Assembly (NCBI GenBank): GCA_032718475.1 | Contig: JAUCBJ010004931.1 | Coordinates: 1 to 64,000, forward strand | Direction: 5' to 3' | DNA from: Nemertoderma westbladi | Lineage: Eukaryota > Animalia > Xenacoelomorpha | Length of the DNA stretch: 64,000 bases | In this document: positions 35,842 through 46,756 of the stretch, in pieces | How the letters are laid out: each line of letters opens with the position of its first letter | Position numbering within the stretch: the stretch's first letter is position 1 | Position numbers and translations under genes: made by a program | The notes under the pieces: model-generated | What the model was told of the DNA's origin: nothing | The model's input: only the letters and a program-made list of their open reading frames with translations | The model's database searches: none

Positions 35842-37935
35842 CTACTACTAGGTCGAGCGAACTCGGACAGTGGAAATGAGATCCTTCCAGGCTTCCCGAT
35901 TCTCCATAGTTGTCGCAATTTCGTTTCTCCCAAGTTCAGTATCCCTTTCAAGTTGATCTATATATGTTATGGCCGGTCGTCCACGACTACGCTTTCCATG
36001 AGTTGGTTGCCAGAGAAGTAGATCTGGTATGACCTCGTCTTTACTTCGCCAGCAGTGCCCACTGAATCTTAATCTGCGTTCACGGAGGGTGGTTGATACA
36101 GGTGGTATTGTACCATAAAGCTCGGCGTTTGTCATGTGTTGTCTCCAGCTGATATTTAGGGCTGCCCTTAGTAGTCTTGTGTAGCAACCATCAATTCGTT
36201 GTTCAAGTGATTTAGTCAGTGTCCAGGTCTCACCCCCGTATAAAAATACACTTTCCACTGTGGCTCGAAAGAACTTAGTCTTCAGGTGCCTGGAGAGATC
36301 TGATTTCCAGATGGTATCCATTTTTGATAGAGCTACCCAAGCCTTTGCTTTCCTAACTTCTATGTCCTTTTTGCTACTCTCTATCCATGATCCAAGGTAC
36401 TGGAAGTCATCGACCTTCCTTAGTTGATTATTATCAATGGTTGTCAAGTTTCCATCAACATTAAAGGTCATGAATTCGGTCTTGGTAGCATTTATATGCA
36501 ATCCAACCTCCTTAGCAGCCCTCTCCACTTTATTTAGTAGAAGCTGTGCATCTGCTAGCGTATTAGAGAGCAGGGCGATGTCATCCGCAAAGTCGGTGTC
36601 TGTGACTGTAGTTGCCGGATATCTACTACTTCTGCGTTCTTGAAGTGTGAATCCCAGATCTTCACCCTTTGTGGCCGTCCTCATTGCGTAATCCAGCACA
36701 ATTACAAATAGTAATGGTGCTAATGTGTCACCTTGCAGTACGCCAGCCAGGATTGAGAAAAACTCAGTTTCACCATCTGGTGAGAGTACCTGCGCTTCTG
36801 TGTCACAATATAACCAGCCAATGCCAGCAACAATTACTCCTGGTATTCCATAAGCTCTTAGGATTTCGAGCATTTTACCTCTATGGATGGAGTCGAATGC
36901 CTTCTTGAAGTCCACAAAAGTCATGACTGCGGGGATATTCTTTGACTTAATTCCTTCAATCAGTCTCCGTAGTGCAAGTATCTGAGCTATTGTTGATCTA
37001 CTTGGTCGAAATCCGTTTTGGCTCTTACGCAGTAGTTTCTCTATGTGAGGCCTAATCCTATATAGAATCATTTTATTGTATATTTTGGCAGCTACCACAA
37101 GCAGACAGATCCCACGATAGTTTGTTGGTATGCCGAGGTCTCCTTTCTTGGGGAGAGGCTTTAGTTGACCTTTAGTCCAAATTGGTGGTGGCTTTTCCCC
37201 TTTTAACATCCGGTTGCAAACATTCAATAATGGTCTATTTAGCACTCCGGTTTTCCATACCTCCGCTGGGATTTCATCTAATCCACTCGCTTTATTATTG
37301 GACATGCTTTTAATGCTTCTCTGGAGTTCGGCAGGTGTGAAGTCCCCTGTTTCTATAGGTAGTGTCTTGTCATATATTTTCCTTGTAGGGCTGACCTCGA
37401 TGTTTGGTGGCTGCCCAAGCAAGTTGCTGAAATGATTTTTCCACTTCCCAACACGTTCTTCAGGACTATCGGCTTTGAGGCGCCCCTTTGCACAACTTTT
37501 CCGACCAGATACCTCATTTACAGTTTGCCAGGTAAGTCTTGATTGTTGCTGTATGTGAGCAGTTGTAATTGCTTCAGTTTTATCCTGTATGTACTTTCCC
37601 TGGCTGATGTTGTAGGCCAATTTAAGATCGTCCTTAGCTTTCTCAACCTTGTTAATGCTTTCGGTTGTTGGTTGTTCGGTTTTAACTTTGTAGGCTATCT
37701 TAAGATCTTCTCTCTTACAAGTAACCTCAGAGTTTTGCCATGGCACATACTGTTTTCGTTTAGGTTTCTGGGGGATATGCCTCTTAGCTGATTCCTTGTG
37801 AGCTGTTATTATATTCTGGTATATTGAATCGGTGGATTGGTCTTCATCCATTGACTGAAGTGCTTCAAAGCGGTTTTGAACTTCTACTGTATAAGCATCC
37901 TTTACAGCATTGTCAGTTCTGAGTTTCTCCCAGTC
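35842..37935 (-). mobile_element. Young 5'-truncated RTE-type LINE inserted in the 33-bp satellite
   Basis: 14-bp TSD TATACTTATTATTA (35828-35841 and 37936-37949), (TAG)n tail and intact RT ORF. Confidence 0.93.
35848..37851 (-). CDS. RTE LINE reverse transcriptase (667 aa open frame)
   Basis: PKKGDL...NYRGICL, QNGFRPSRST, FVDFKKAFDSI, GVLQGDTLAP, FADD, YLGS. Confidence 0.9.
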   Translation of the reverse strand: MDEDQSTDSIYQNIITAHKESAKRHIPQKPKRKQYVPWQNSEVTCKREDLKIAYKVKTEQPTTESINKVEKAKDDLKLAYNISQGKYIQDKTEAITTAHIQQQSRLTWQTVNEVSGRKSCAKGRLKADSPEERVGKWKNHFSNLLGQPPNIEVSPTRKIYDKTLPIETGDFTPAELQRSIKSMSNNKASGLDEIPAEVWKTGVLNRPLLNVCNRMLKGEKPPPIWTKGQLKPLPKKGDLGIPTNYRGICLLVVAAKIYNKMILYRIRPHIEKLLRKSQNGFRPSRSTIAQILALRRLIEGIKSKNIPAVMTFVDFKKAFDSIHRGKMLEILRAYGIPGVIVAGIGWLYCDTEAQVLSPDGETEFFSILAGVLQGDTLAPLLFVIVLDYAMRTATKGEDLGFTLQERRSSRYPATTVTDTDFADDIALLSNTLADAQLLLNKVERAAKEVGLHINATKTEFMTFNVDGNLTTIDNNQLRKVDDFQYLGSWIESSKKDIEVRKAKAWVALSKMDTIWKSDLSRHLKTKFFRATVESVFLYGGETWTLTKSLEQRIDGCYTRLLRAALNISWRQHMTNAELYGTIPPVSTTLRERRLRFSGHCWRSKDEVIPDLLLWQPTHGKRSRGRPAITYIDQLERDTELGRNEIATTMENREAWKDLISTVRVRST

Positions 37936-38875
37936 TATACTTATTATTATAGGTTTTTAATGCAATGTTATACTTATTCTTATAGGTTTTTAATGCAATG
38001 TTAAACTTATTCCGATAGGTTTTTAATGCAATGTTATACTTATTCTTAGAGGTTTTTAATGCAATGTTGTACTTAAATTCTTATAGGTTTTTAATGCAAT
38101 GTTATACTTATTCTTATAGGTTTTTAATGCTGCAATGTTATACTTAAATTCTTATAGGTTTTTAATGCAATGTTATACTTATTCTTATAGGTTTTTAATG
38201 CAATGTTATACTTAAATTCTTATAGGTTTTTAATGCAATGTTATACTTATTATTATAGGTTTTTAATGCAATGTTATACTTATTCTTATAGGTTTTTAAT
38301 GCAATGTTATACTTATTCTTATAGGTTTTTAATGCAATGTTAAACTTATTCCGATAGGTTTTTAATGCAATGTTATACTTATTCTTAGAGGTTTTTAATG
38401 CAATGTTGTACTTAAATTCTTATACGTTTTTAATGCAATGTTATACTTATTCTTATAGGTTTTTAATGCTGCAATGTTATACTTAAATTCTTATAGGTTT
38501 TTAATGCAATGTTATACTTATTCTTATAGGTTTTTAATGCAATGTTATACTTATTCTTATAGGTTTTTAATGCAATGTTAAACTTATTCCGATAGGTTTT
38601 TAATGCAATGTTATACTTAAATTCTTATAGGTTTTTAATGCAATGTTATACTTATTATTATAGGTTTTTAATGCAATATTATACTTATTCTTATAGGTTT
38701 TTAATGCAATGTTATACTTAAATTCTTATAGGTTTTTAACGCAATGTTATACTTATTCTTATAGGTTTTTAATGCAATGTTATACTTATTCTTATAGGTT
38801 TTTAATGCAATGTTATACTTAAATTCTTATAGGTTTTTAATGCAATGTTATACTTATTCCTATAGGTTTTTAATT
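37936..38875. repeat. 33-bp minisatellite, right block
   Basis: Same unit as 35420-35841. Confidence 0.95.
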
Positions 38876-39109
38876 ATTATCTCAACATTTTTATGTACAG
38901 TATTTTCATTTGTACTGCGCATTTAATTTTACAAGATATTTGTTTGTTAAAGTTTGTTAAATTCGATTATTCATTGTTAGATTATATTTGCTACATTCGA
39001 GCCCATGTTAATGACCATAAAAAAACATTATATGTATTGTTAATTGATCCATATATATATACAGTTTTTTATGGCCATTATCATAGGCACGTTTTTAAAA
39101 CATAAAAAG

Positions 39110-39367
39110 TACCCGAAGTCACCCCATTTGAGGGTATAATTCGGCTTAACTACTAACAAAATGTAATGCCGAAGTCACTCCAAGTAATGGGGTGACTTCG
39201 ACATTTCTTTAGGTAAAAAAAAAATGGCAACAACAAAATGGCAGCTTCCCTATTTGAAATTGAAAGGTAGATTACATAATGTTACAATCAAACAGTAAAA
39301 ACACAGGTTATGGCCTTCCTATGGTTAGAAATTGTTACAAAATGTTTGAAGTGATCGGTTTACGGTA
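39110..39367. mobile_element. Probable right terminus of the pogo/Fot1-like element
   Basis: Repeated CCGAAGTCACCCC / GGGGTGACTTCG subterminal motifs, ending GTTTACGG-TA. The matching left TIR was not located. Confidence 0.4.
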
Positions 39368-39618
39368 CTCCTCCATTATTTTAAATTTTTATTTTCCGAT
39401 ACCACATTTTGTGGGCATTGGTACACCTTAATTTGGTACCCATAGTTTGACCAATTTATTTCATATGAAAAAGGCTTTTATCGTGAATTTTTTTTCTATT
39501 ACAAATATTTGACCTTCTAACAGTAGGATGGCAGCTAGTAATTTTGATTTTGTGTTAGCTAGTACTTTTCATAAGATATTAAAAAAATAAAACGTATTTA
39601 GAACATCAAACACAACTG

Positions 39619-41322
39619 GGTACCAGTGTGTTTTATGCACACCCCCCCCCCCCCACCCAATTTTTTTATACTAGCTAGATTTTATTTCTTTTTCTTTAAA
39701 TGTTCTAGAACATATTGTCTATCCAAATTACTAATATTAGTCAATAAGAATAAGCATTAAATAAAACGACATGAAATCTTAAATCATAAATTAAAAAGAT
39801 GTGCACCAAAAATAACAAAGTTAATTCCACCACCACACAAATATCATCGGGCCTACCACCAAAGCACCAGAAGGATATGTTGGAGCTCAGAGGCAAGGGA
39901 GCAGTACCGATCAGGAAGGTCAGACCCCCGCAGACCGGCAACATCCCCAAATCCAAGCGCCATCCATGGCCGCCTACCACCGCGCAGGCACAGGGAGCTC
40001 GAGCGCAGAAGCGCGAACTGTAAACGCCTCCGCACTCCTCCTAACACACAAGCGAGGCCTCGCTCGCGCATCCCCCGCTGCCGGGCCAGGAGGGTCTCAG
40101 CGAGGTGGCGGATCAGAATACCGGCCTCCTTGCACCACACCCCGTCGGTGGTTCCGACTAGGGGGGTGAAGGAGATCCGACGATCTTCGCACATCCCGCT
40201 GTAATGGACCATCTTAGAACGAACTCACTGCTCGAGTACGGAGTCCAGGGACCGATTAACGTATGAGGGGGCGTCAACGTTAACAATCGCAATGTCGAAA
40301 GACGCCAACCTCTGTTCGGCCCAGACTCCCCTCGCCAGGAGATCCGCCCTAACTCCACCCAACTCGCGGCCCTGTCTGTCCAGGTATCCGGACGCCAACG
40401 TAACCTCCCGCTGGACGCATGAGCCCCCGAACGCAGACGCAATGAGGTCCCCGAACACCTCGTTGTGCCGCTTTATGATCAGGCCCCCCGACTTGCAATT
40501 AAGGGCGTGGGACGTCGAGAACGACTCCCCACACCCCTCGCACTTTGCCGGGAGGCCCGGCGGCGTCCGTCCGTACCTCAAGGCGAGGTTGTCCCGGAAC
40601 ACCTCTGGGTCGAGGTCAGTGTGGTCGACCACAGAGGGCTGAACATATTGTCTATTCATTTATTTTATTAATTTAGTTCTAGAACAAATAATTGTTGTTC
40701 TAGAACAAAATTAGTTAATTAGGTATTTTTGAAGTTATCAAAGCTAGTTTTTCTTACTTTTTAAAAAATGTTCTAGAACATATAGTCTATTTAATTTTGT
40801 ATAAAGTAATGTTCTAGAACAAATATTTTTTGTTCATGAACATTTTAAAAAAATGTTATGTTGTGGTGTTTTTTTTTTATTTCATTAGTAAGTGTTAAAA
40901 ACAATTACTAACAACTACAAATTTTCATTCTAGCTAGTGATTTTTATTACATATGTGATACAAAGATAACATAGAATAAAAAATTAACAAAATTAACAAA
41001 TTAACTAGTTTTTTTTTGTTTTTTTTGTTCTAGAACAAAATTTTTATATTAAATGAATAAATAATATGCTCTAGAACATTTTTTTTTTAAAAAGGAAACA
41101 AAAACTAGCTAGTTTAAATAATTTATACAAAGATAACATACAATAAAAAATGGAAAAGATTTTCTATTTTTTGTTCTAGAACAAAAATCTTTATATTAAA
41201 TAAATAGATTACCTATATGTTCTAGAACATTACAAAAAAAAGTAACAAAAACTAGCTAGTATAAAACATTTGAGGGGGGGGGGGGGGGGGGGGGGTGCAC
41301 AAAACACACTAGTACCGGTACC
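39619..41322. mobile_element. Non-autonomous Merlin-type DNA transposon
   Basis: TIRs GGTACC...AGTGTGTTTTRTGCAC, 9-bp TSD ACACAACTG and GTTCTAGAAC/CTAGCTAG subterminal repeats. Confidence 0.8.
39723..40640 (-). mobile_element. 5'-truncated CRE-like non-LTR retrotransposon (CCHC knuckle plus restriction-like endonuclease)
   Basis: CEGC...HALNC, KRHNEV, RADLLARGVW...FD, FTPLV...DG; 15-bp TSD GAACATATTGTCTAT (39708-39722 and 40641-40655). Confidence 0.85.
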
Positions 41323-41420
41323 ACACAACTGTTTGTTTGTTATTTTTTATTATGGTAGCTAGTGTTTTTTTTAGAGAGCTACTGTTTTTTTGAAGAGAAT
41401 TTGGAGAGAAAAGAAAATTT

Positions 41421-42440
41421 GGCACTAGTAAATCAAAAGGATCCCTACTTTGCCCTGTTGACACCCCTGCCATTTTTTAACAGTTCCTTTATTAGTGTTT
41501 TAAAAAAAAAATATAATCTGTAAACTGGTGTAGATTAAACATGAAATATAAATTTTTTCACCATTTTTATAATTTCAATAAATACTAGCTGGTAAAAAAA
41601 CACTACCTAGGGCCTACCATAAAAAAACATATCTACTTATTTTCTAGAACATTTTCTAGAAAAGAAATAAAACCTGCTAGAATCAATTTATAATGTATTT
41701 CTAAATATAAAATTGGTTCTGGTCCAGTATGCGTACACCCCCCACCAAATTTTTTGTACTAGCTAGTTTTTGATAATTTCATTTTTTGAAATGTAGGCCT
41801 ACCAAAACATGTTAGCTATTTGATTTTGAAAAAACAATGTTCCAGAACAAATGTTTTTTGTTCTAGAACATGTTTTAGAGAAAAGCCTGCTTTGTTCTTA
41901 AAATGCCAGGGATGGTTGGTATAAAATAAATAAAATAATTTTTTTTAATATTTTGAAATTTTTCAATAAAATTATGATGGTAGCTAATAAATTTTACTTT
42001 ATTAACAAATAGATTTTAATAGACATATTGTATCGTATAATATTCAGTAATTACAAGTAATATGACTAGACACATTAATATTTAATATCCCTACTGTAAA
42101 GTTCTAGCATTTAATGCTCAGCAATCAACTTCAGTAAGTCTTTCATTGGCGTCTCTTGATGCAGTTGACACCACCAAAACTCGGCAAGGTGTTACTGGAG
42201 GGTGGTTTTCTTTGGCCCGTATTTCTTCTTCATGACGCCAGAATAAAAAATATTTGTTCTACAACATTATTTTTTTATGAACAAATAGCTAATAAGTTCT
42301 AGAACATATCAATAAAACAAATTATCAAAAACTAGCTAGTACAAAAAATTTGGTGGTGGGTGTACGCATACTGGACCAGTACCTATAAAATTTGCATTAG
42401 AAAAAATCTCATTTTGGGAACCTTTTGCTTGACAAGTGCC
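41421..42440. mobile_element. Older TIR element (MITE) hosting a Merlin insertion
   Basis: Imperfect TIRs GGCACTAGTAAATCAAAAGGATCCC / GGGAACCTTTTGCTTGACAAGTGCC. Confidence 0.45.
41715..42383. mobile_element. Non-autonomous Merlin derivative with transposase C-terminal remnant
   Basis: Long TIR GGTWCTGGTCCAGTATGCGTACACC, 9-bp TSD TATAAAATT; minus-strand peptide TTLQ*HLAEFWWCQLH...KDLLKLIAEH at about 42115-42240. Confidence 0.82.
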
Positions 42441-43179
42441 ATGATCATGTAAGCGGCCACTTTAGCGCTCCCATCCTATTCAATCTGGGAAAAAAAAGTT
42501 TTTTCGACCGAGTGCGAGTATCCCACATTTGACTTCAAGCTAGTGTTTTTTGATGTCCTTGGTTTAACTCTTTGAAATAACGGTAGCTTGTTCGTTCTAG
42601 AATTTTTTAATTCCAAAGAAACAAAATATAAAATTAAATATTACACAATAATAATAGCGATTATTATTGCACATTTAACGCAATCCAATGGGTTACTTTT
42701 TTGATATGCTATGATTTTGGGGAATTTTCGAGCCAAAAATAAAAAAGTTAAGAATAAATATATTTATTATTTTTTTATTCACCTGTATTAATAATTGTTA
42801 AATTGAAATTTTCCTCAACGGCGACGGAGCAACGTAAAGTGCCAAAATAATAATATTAACGTACACATAATCAATAAATAATTAAATCGTGACATTATTA
42901 CAGTTTATTGTTAATTTTCGCATATTGCTACGGAAACTAGGTAAAATTATAATCGTATAATTTTAAAAAAATGTTTTATAAATGTTGCTTTTTCCTAAAA
43001 TTATACTATTTTCCTAGAAATTGCTCTGATACGGGATTCTAGAAAATATATGTTGTCAGTATATGTTATCTTTATGTATTTACCAGTGAAAAGAGCCTAG
43101 TATTGAAGAAAATAAAATAACGTGATTTCTGCAACAATTAATTAAATAAGATAATTAAAAAAATACAGTAGTTGCACAG

Positions 43180-43520
43180 ATTCGGCCGTATCGCCCTTAC
43201 CTTATGTTAGAGGCAATGAGTGCGGAAATGAAAAAAACAAGGAGACCTCCTTGTAACAAGTACGAAAAATAGAAAAGGTCTCACGACTCATTTCCAGTAT
43301 AGATCCCTCAGAACTATAATCCTAACAGGCAATGAGATAACTGGTACTCATTTAACAACCGCTTAAGAAACAAAGCAAATATGCGCGCGCCCTGTTTGGT
43401 TAGTCCCTTAGCATTTGTGCCAAAACGAAAACTATCCTGGCCCGCATGCAGGGGAACAACCCCACGACCTCTGGTGCGATATTAATTCAAGGAAATGGAT
43501 TTAAATGCTACGCAAGGCTT
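43180..43520 (-). mobile_element. Diverged tRNA-derived SINE copy
   Basis: Similar to 14640-14815 (AAACGAAAACT...CCC...GACCTCTGG...TTAATT...GGA...GGATT). Confidence 0.5.
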
Positions 43521-43622
43521 GAAAAAATTGAATACGCGTACCTTTGTATTAGAAAACGATCCTTAAAAATACAAAGTATGCTGTCATGTTGTTCGTTCAA
43601 TATGCTCTAATTACCAATAAAC

Positions 43623-43858
43623 ACAATATTGCAATGTTCTAAAGTTAATATACGGAAATAAAAACCTTCAGCGAATAAAACTGTAATAATCACTTCTGCC
43701 TTATCCTTCAGCAAATTAACCTAATATAATAACCACGGCCTGCGGCCTCGGTAATTATACAGGTTAATTTGCTTCTGGAACGGCATCAGTGATTATTCAG
43801 TTTTATTCGCTTCAGGTTATTATTTCCGTATATTAACTTTAGAACATTGCAATATTGT
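43623..43858. mobile_element. 236-bp palindromic Crypton-like non-autonomous element
   Basis: Arms ACAATATTGCAATGTTCTAAAGTTAATATACGGAAATAA and its reverse complement; centre CCACGGCCTGCGGCCTCGG. Confidence 0.7.
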
Positions 43859-45063
43859 ATGTATACTGTATAATATATTATTAATTATTAATTATTTCCG
43901 TATATTTATAGAACATTTTTTTAAAATTATACGATTATAATTTTACCTAGTTTCCGTAGCAATATGTGAAAATTAACAGTAAACAAACAAACAATAATAA
44001 TAAATATTACCAAGTTTAATATATCATTATAGAAACAATGACTTCACTGTGAATCATTTGTTTAGTGTATATTATGTTATTAGTCCAGTAGACGCTAAAT
44101 AGAGCTCAAGGGAGGACCGTGAACTTGGGTCATCACGCAATTTTATTTTGTCAATGTCTTCCCTGATAATAATAATGTAAATATGCACCGGGTGCCAGTT
44201 GGGATACCTTGGGGAATTTTTTTTACAGCATAAAATACAAGTAGGCCTACAAATTAGTCAACCTATTCCAAAAATTACATTAAATTATAAACGTTTGTTA
44301 CTGGAGTAATTAAATTAAGTGTTCTAGAACAGAGATAAACAACTACGTATATCTGTGTATGTTTAGATCTCAATATACTGTAATTGCAGTATACTTAGCT
44401 GTGATATGAAAGCTTTGATTACCCGTATTTTGCAAATATTTTAACGGTATGTAGGCCTACGCCTATGCTCTTTTGTTATATTTATTGTTCACCGCCATTT
44501 CGTTAACCGCTTCGTTTATATATTGCCTACCGCCTCGTAATTTAACTTGGTTTACACACACACTTTATTGGTCATTAGTCTTATTTATTGAAATTGGTAT
44601 AGCTAGTATTTTTTATGGCAGCACACAGCGGCACATTTATTCATAAAATCAAAAAATAATATTACGTAACTTGTTTTGTATTTTACATAGCTAGTGTTTT
44701 TTATAGTTGGTAGCAGTTTTATTTGTGTTGAAAATGAATTTAGCTAAATTGAAATTTCTAAAATATTCCAGAATAAGCAAAAACTGTAAATAAAATATTT
44801 TGGTTTTTTAGTAAAATTTTTTAATAGCTAGTATTTTGATAAATAGAAGCTAGAATAAAAATATTATAGAATGTTGACTATGTTCGAGAAAATAATATAT
44901 AAAAATCAAAGAAGTTTTATCTCGTGGAAAACAATTGGATGGGGGTTTCGACATGACGAACTAGTACCCTATTTACGTTTCAAAAGACGAAATATTTATC
45001 ATAATAGGACGATCGAAGGTGAAACATCCCAACATCATGTACTGTTATTTAATCGGCGCTAAA

Positions 45064-46075
45064 TGATGGATGATTTGTGTCTGTTTTGCCGAAAAACATC
45101 TGGAACACTAATCACTGGAGGACCTATTCGCATAAAGAACATTAAAAAAAGTGATAACCTCAATGAGATTCTTCAGCGAAAACTTAATAACGATTCGGAA
45201 CTGAATGTTATTTTTCACAAACAGTGCATTTCTACATAATATATATACTTCGAATCAACATAGAGCGTGAGTTACAACGACGACACATTTCCAACTCACA
45301 GAAATTACCAGAACAACCTGTGAAAAAATTGCGTTCTGATGTACTTATAAAATATGAGCGCGATTGTGTCATATGTGGTAAAGTTTGTCTAAAGAAAGAT
45401 GGTAGGCATCCTAATCGCTGGGAGAGGGTGGTTCAGTGCGAGACCGAGGTTGTTAAGGAAGAATTACTCCGGGTTTGTGATTTGCTAATTCTAACTCATG
45501 GTGATAATTTAGCAGAAACTATCAAACTTCGCCTGGAAGGCATAGACCTAACTTCTGTGTCAGCCTAATATCATAAATCCTGCTATAGTTCATTTCGGGC
45601 ACAACGAATATACAGTCTATACAGGCACCAATGCAAAGTACAAACCTGTATCCTTGGCGGCGCAGTCTATACAGGCACTAATACGTGGAGTGTATAACCA
45701 GACAACACTTTGGGATGGCTATAAAGCTTCATTATCTATTTGGAAGCCGGGAACTTATAGATTTCTTGCATTCACAAGGATATATTGCCAGCTATGATGA
45801 AGTGCTACGTTTTGGAAAGTCTGCTGCAAAATTTACAGGAGAACGTGGTTTTTCATCTGGCGATTTTTGGATGATTTTAACAAAAACCGTCAACCAATTT
45901 GCGCGCGGATTGATAACTTTGACCTAAATGTATTTACCCCAAATGGTCTTCGTGACTCCCACTCAACAGTCAACAGCTATGGAGTTACTGCAGACGTCCA
46001 CAGGGAGCTCTGGAGGAGTTCCAAATAACATATATTTTCCTCGCATTTCGAAGTCAGATTTGAATTCCATTAAAT
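45064..46075 (+). pseudogene. Academ transposase, N-terminal fragments
   Basis: Frameshifted ORFs 45224-45568 and 45685-45927 with Academ-type motifs. Confidence 0.75.
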
Positions 46076-46626
46076 TGTTAGCTTATCCAATTCCGCTAAC
46101 ATGAACCCACAAAGTAAGCCGTTGAGCAATATTGGGAGCACGAGGTTGATTACCAATCAACCTCGTGTCAGCCCAGTAAACGGGGACAATAGGCCCCAAA
46201 GGAGACACACACAATAAGGGTCAGGGGCCAAACCCCTAACAGAGAGAGAACAACAGGGGCAACGGGAAACACACCAGGGAAGGTGAAAGGGCGAGAAGTG
46301 GGATATTAGCCAATGGGGGGACAGCATCGACTAGGTACAGTAATATGGCCAACTGTGCAGTACATATATTACCTGTTGGTGCTTCCCTATTCAGTTAGTT
46401 TACTCAGTCAGATCAGTAGGGTGGAACGGGGACTTCTGTCACCGTCCGCTACCGCCATCATACTTATCTACCGGTAAAGTGTCGTACTATACTATATCAA
46501 CTATCAGACTATATTATACCTTTATACATATTACCGAACATCAGAACTCTTTTACCTTTCACACACGGCGGGGACGCGTGGATAGAAAACCCAACGGATA
46601 AACCGGGATCCGTAGATCCCGTCACA
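46076..46626 (+). repeat. 5' LTR
   Basis: TGTTAGC...CGTCACA; TATA-like TACATATATT near 46361 and Inr-like TCAGTT at 46391. Confidence 0.97.
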
Positions 46627-46756
46627 GTGACAGAACTAGATCCGCCCAGCTGCCCTGACAGTGATAGAATCCTAGCAGCTGCCCTAACAGTCTGACAGTG
46701 ATAGAACTAGATCCAACCAACTGACAGACTGTGGCTGCCAACCACCAAAGACGAAG

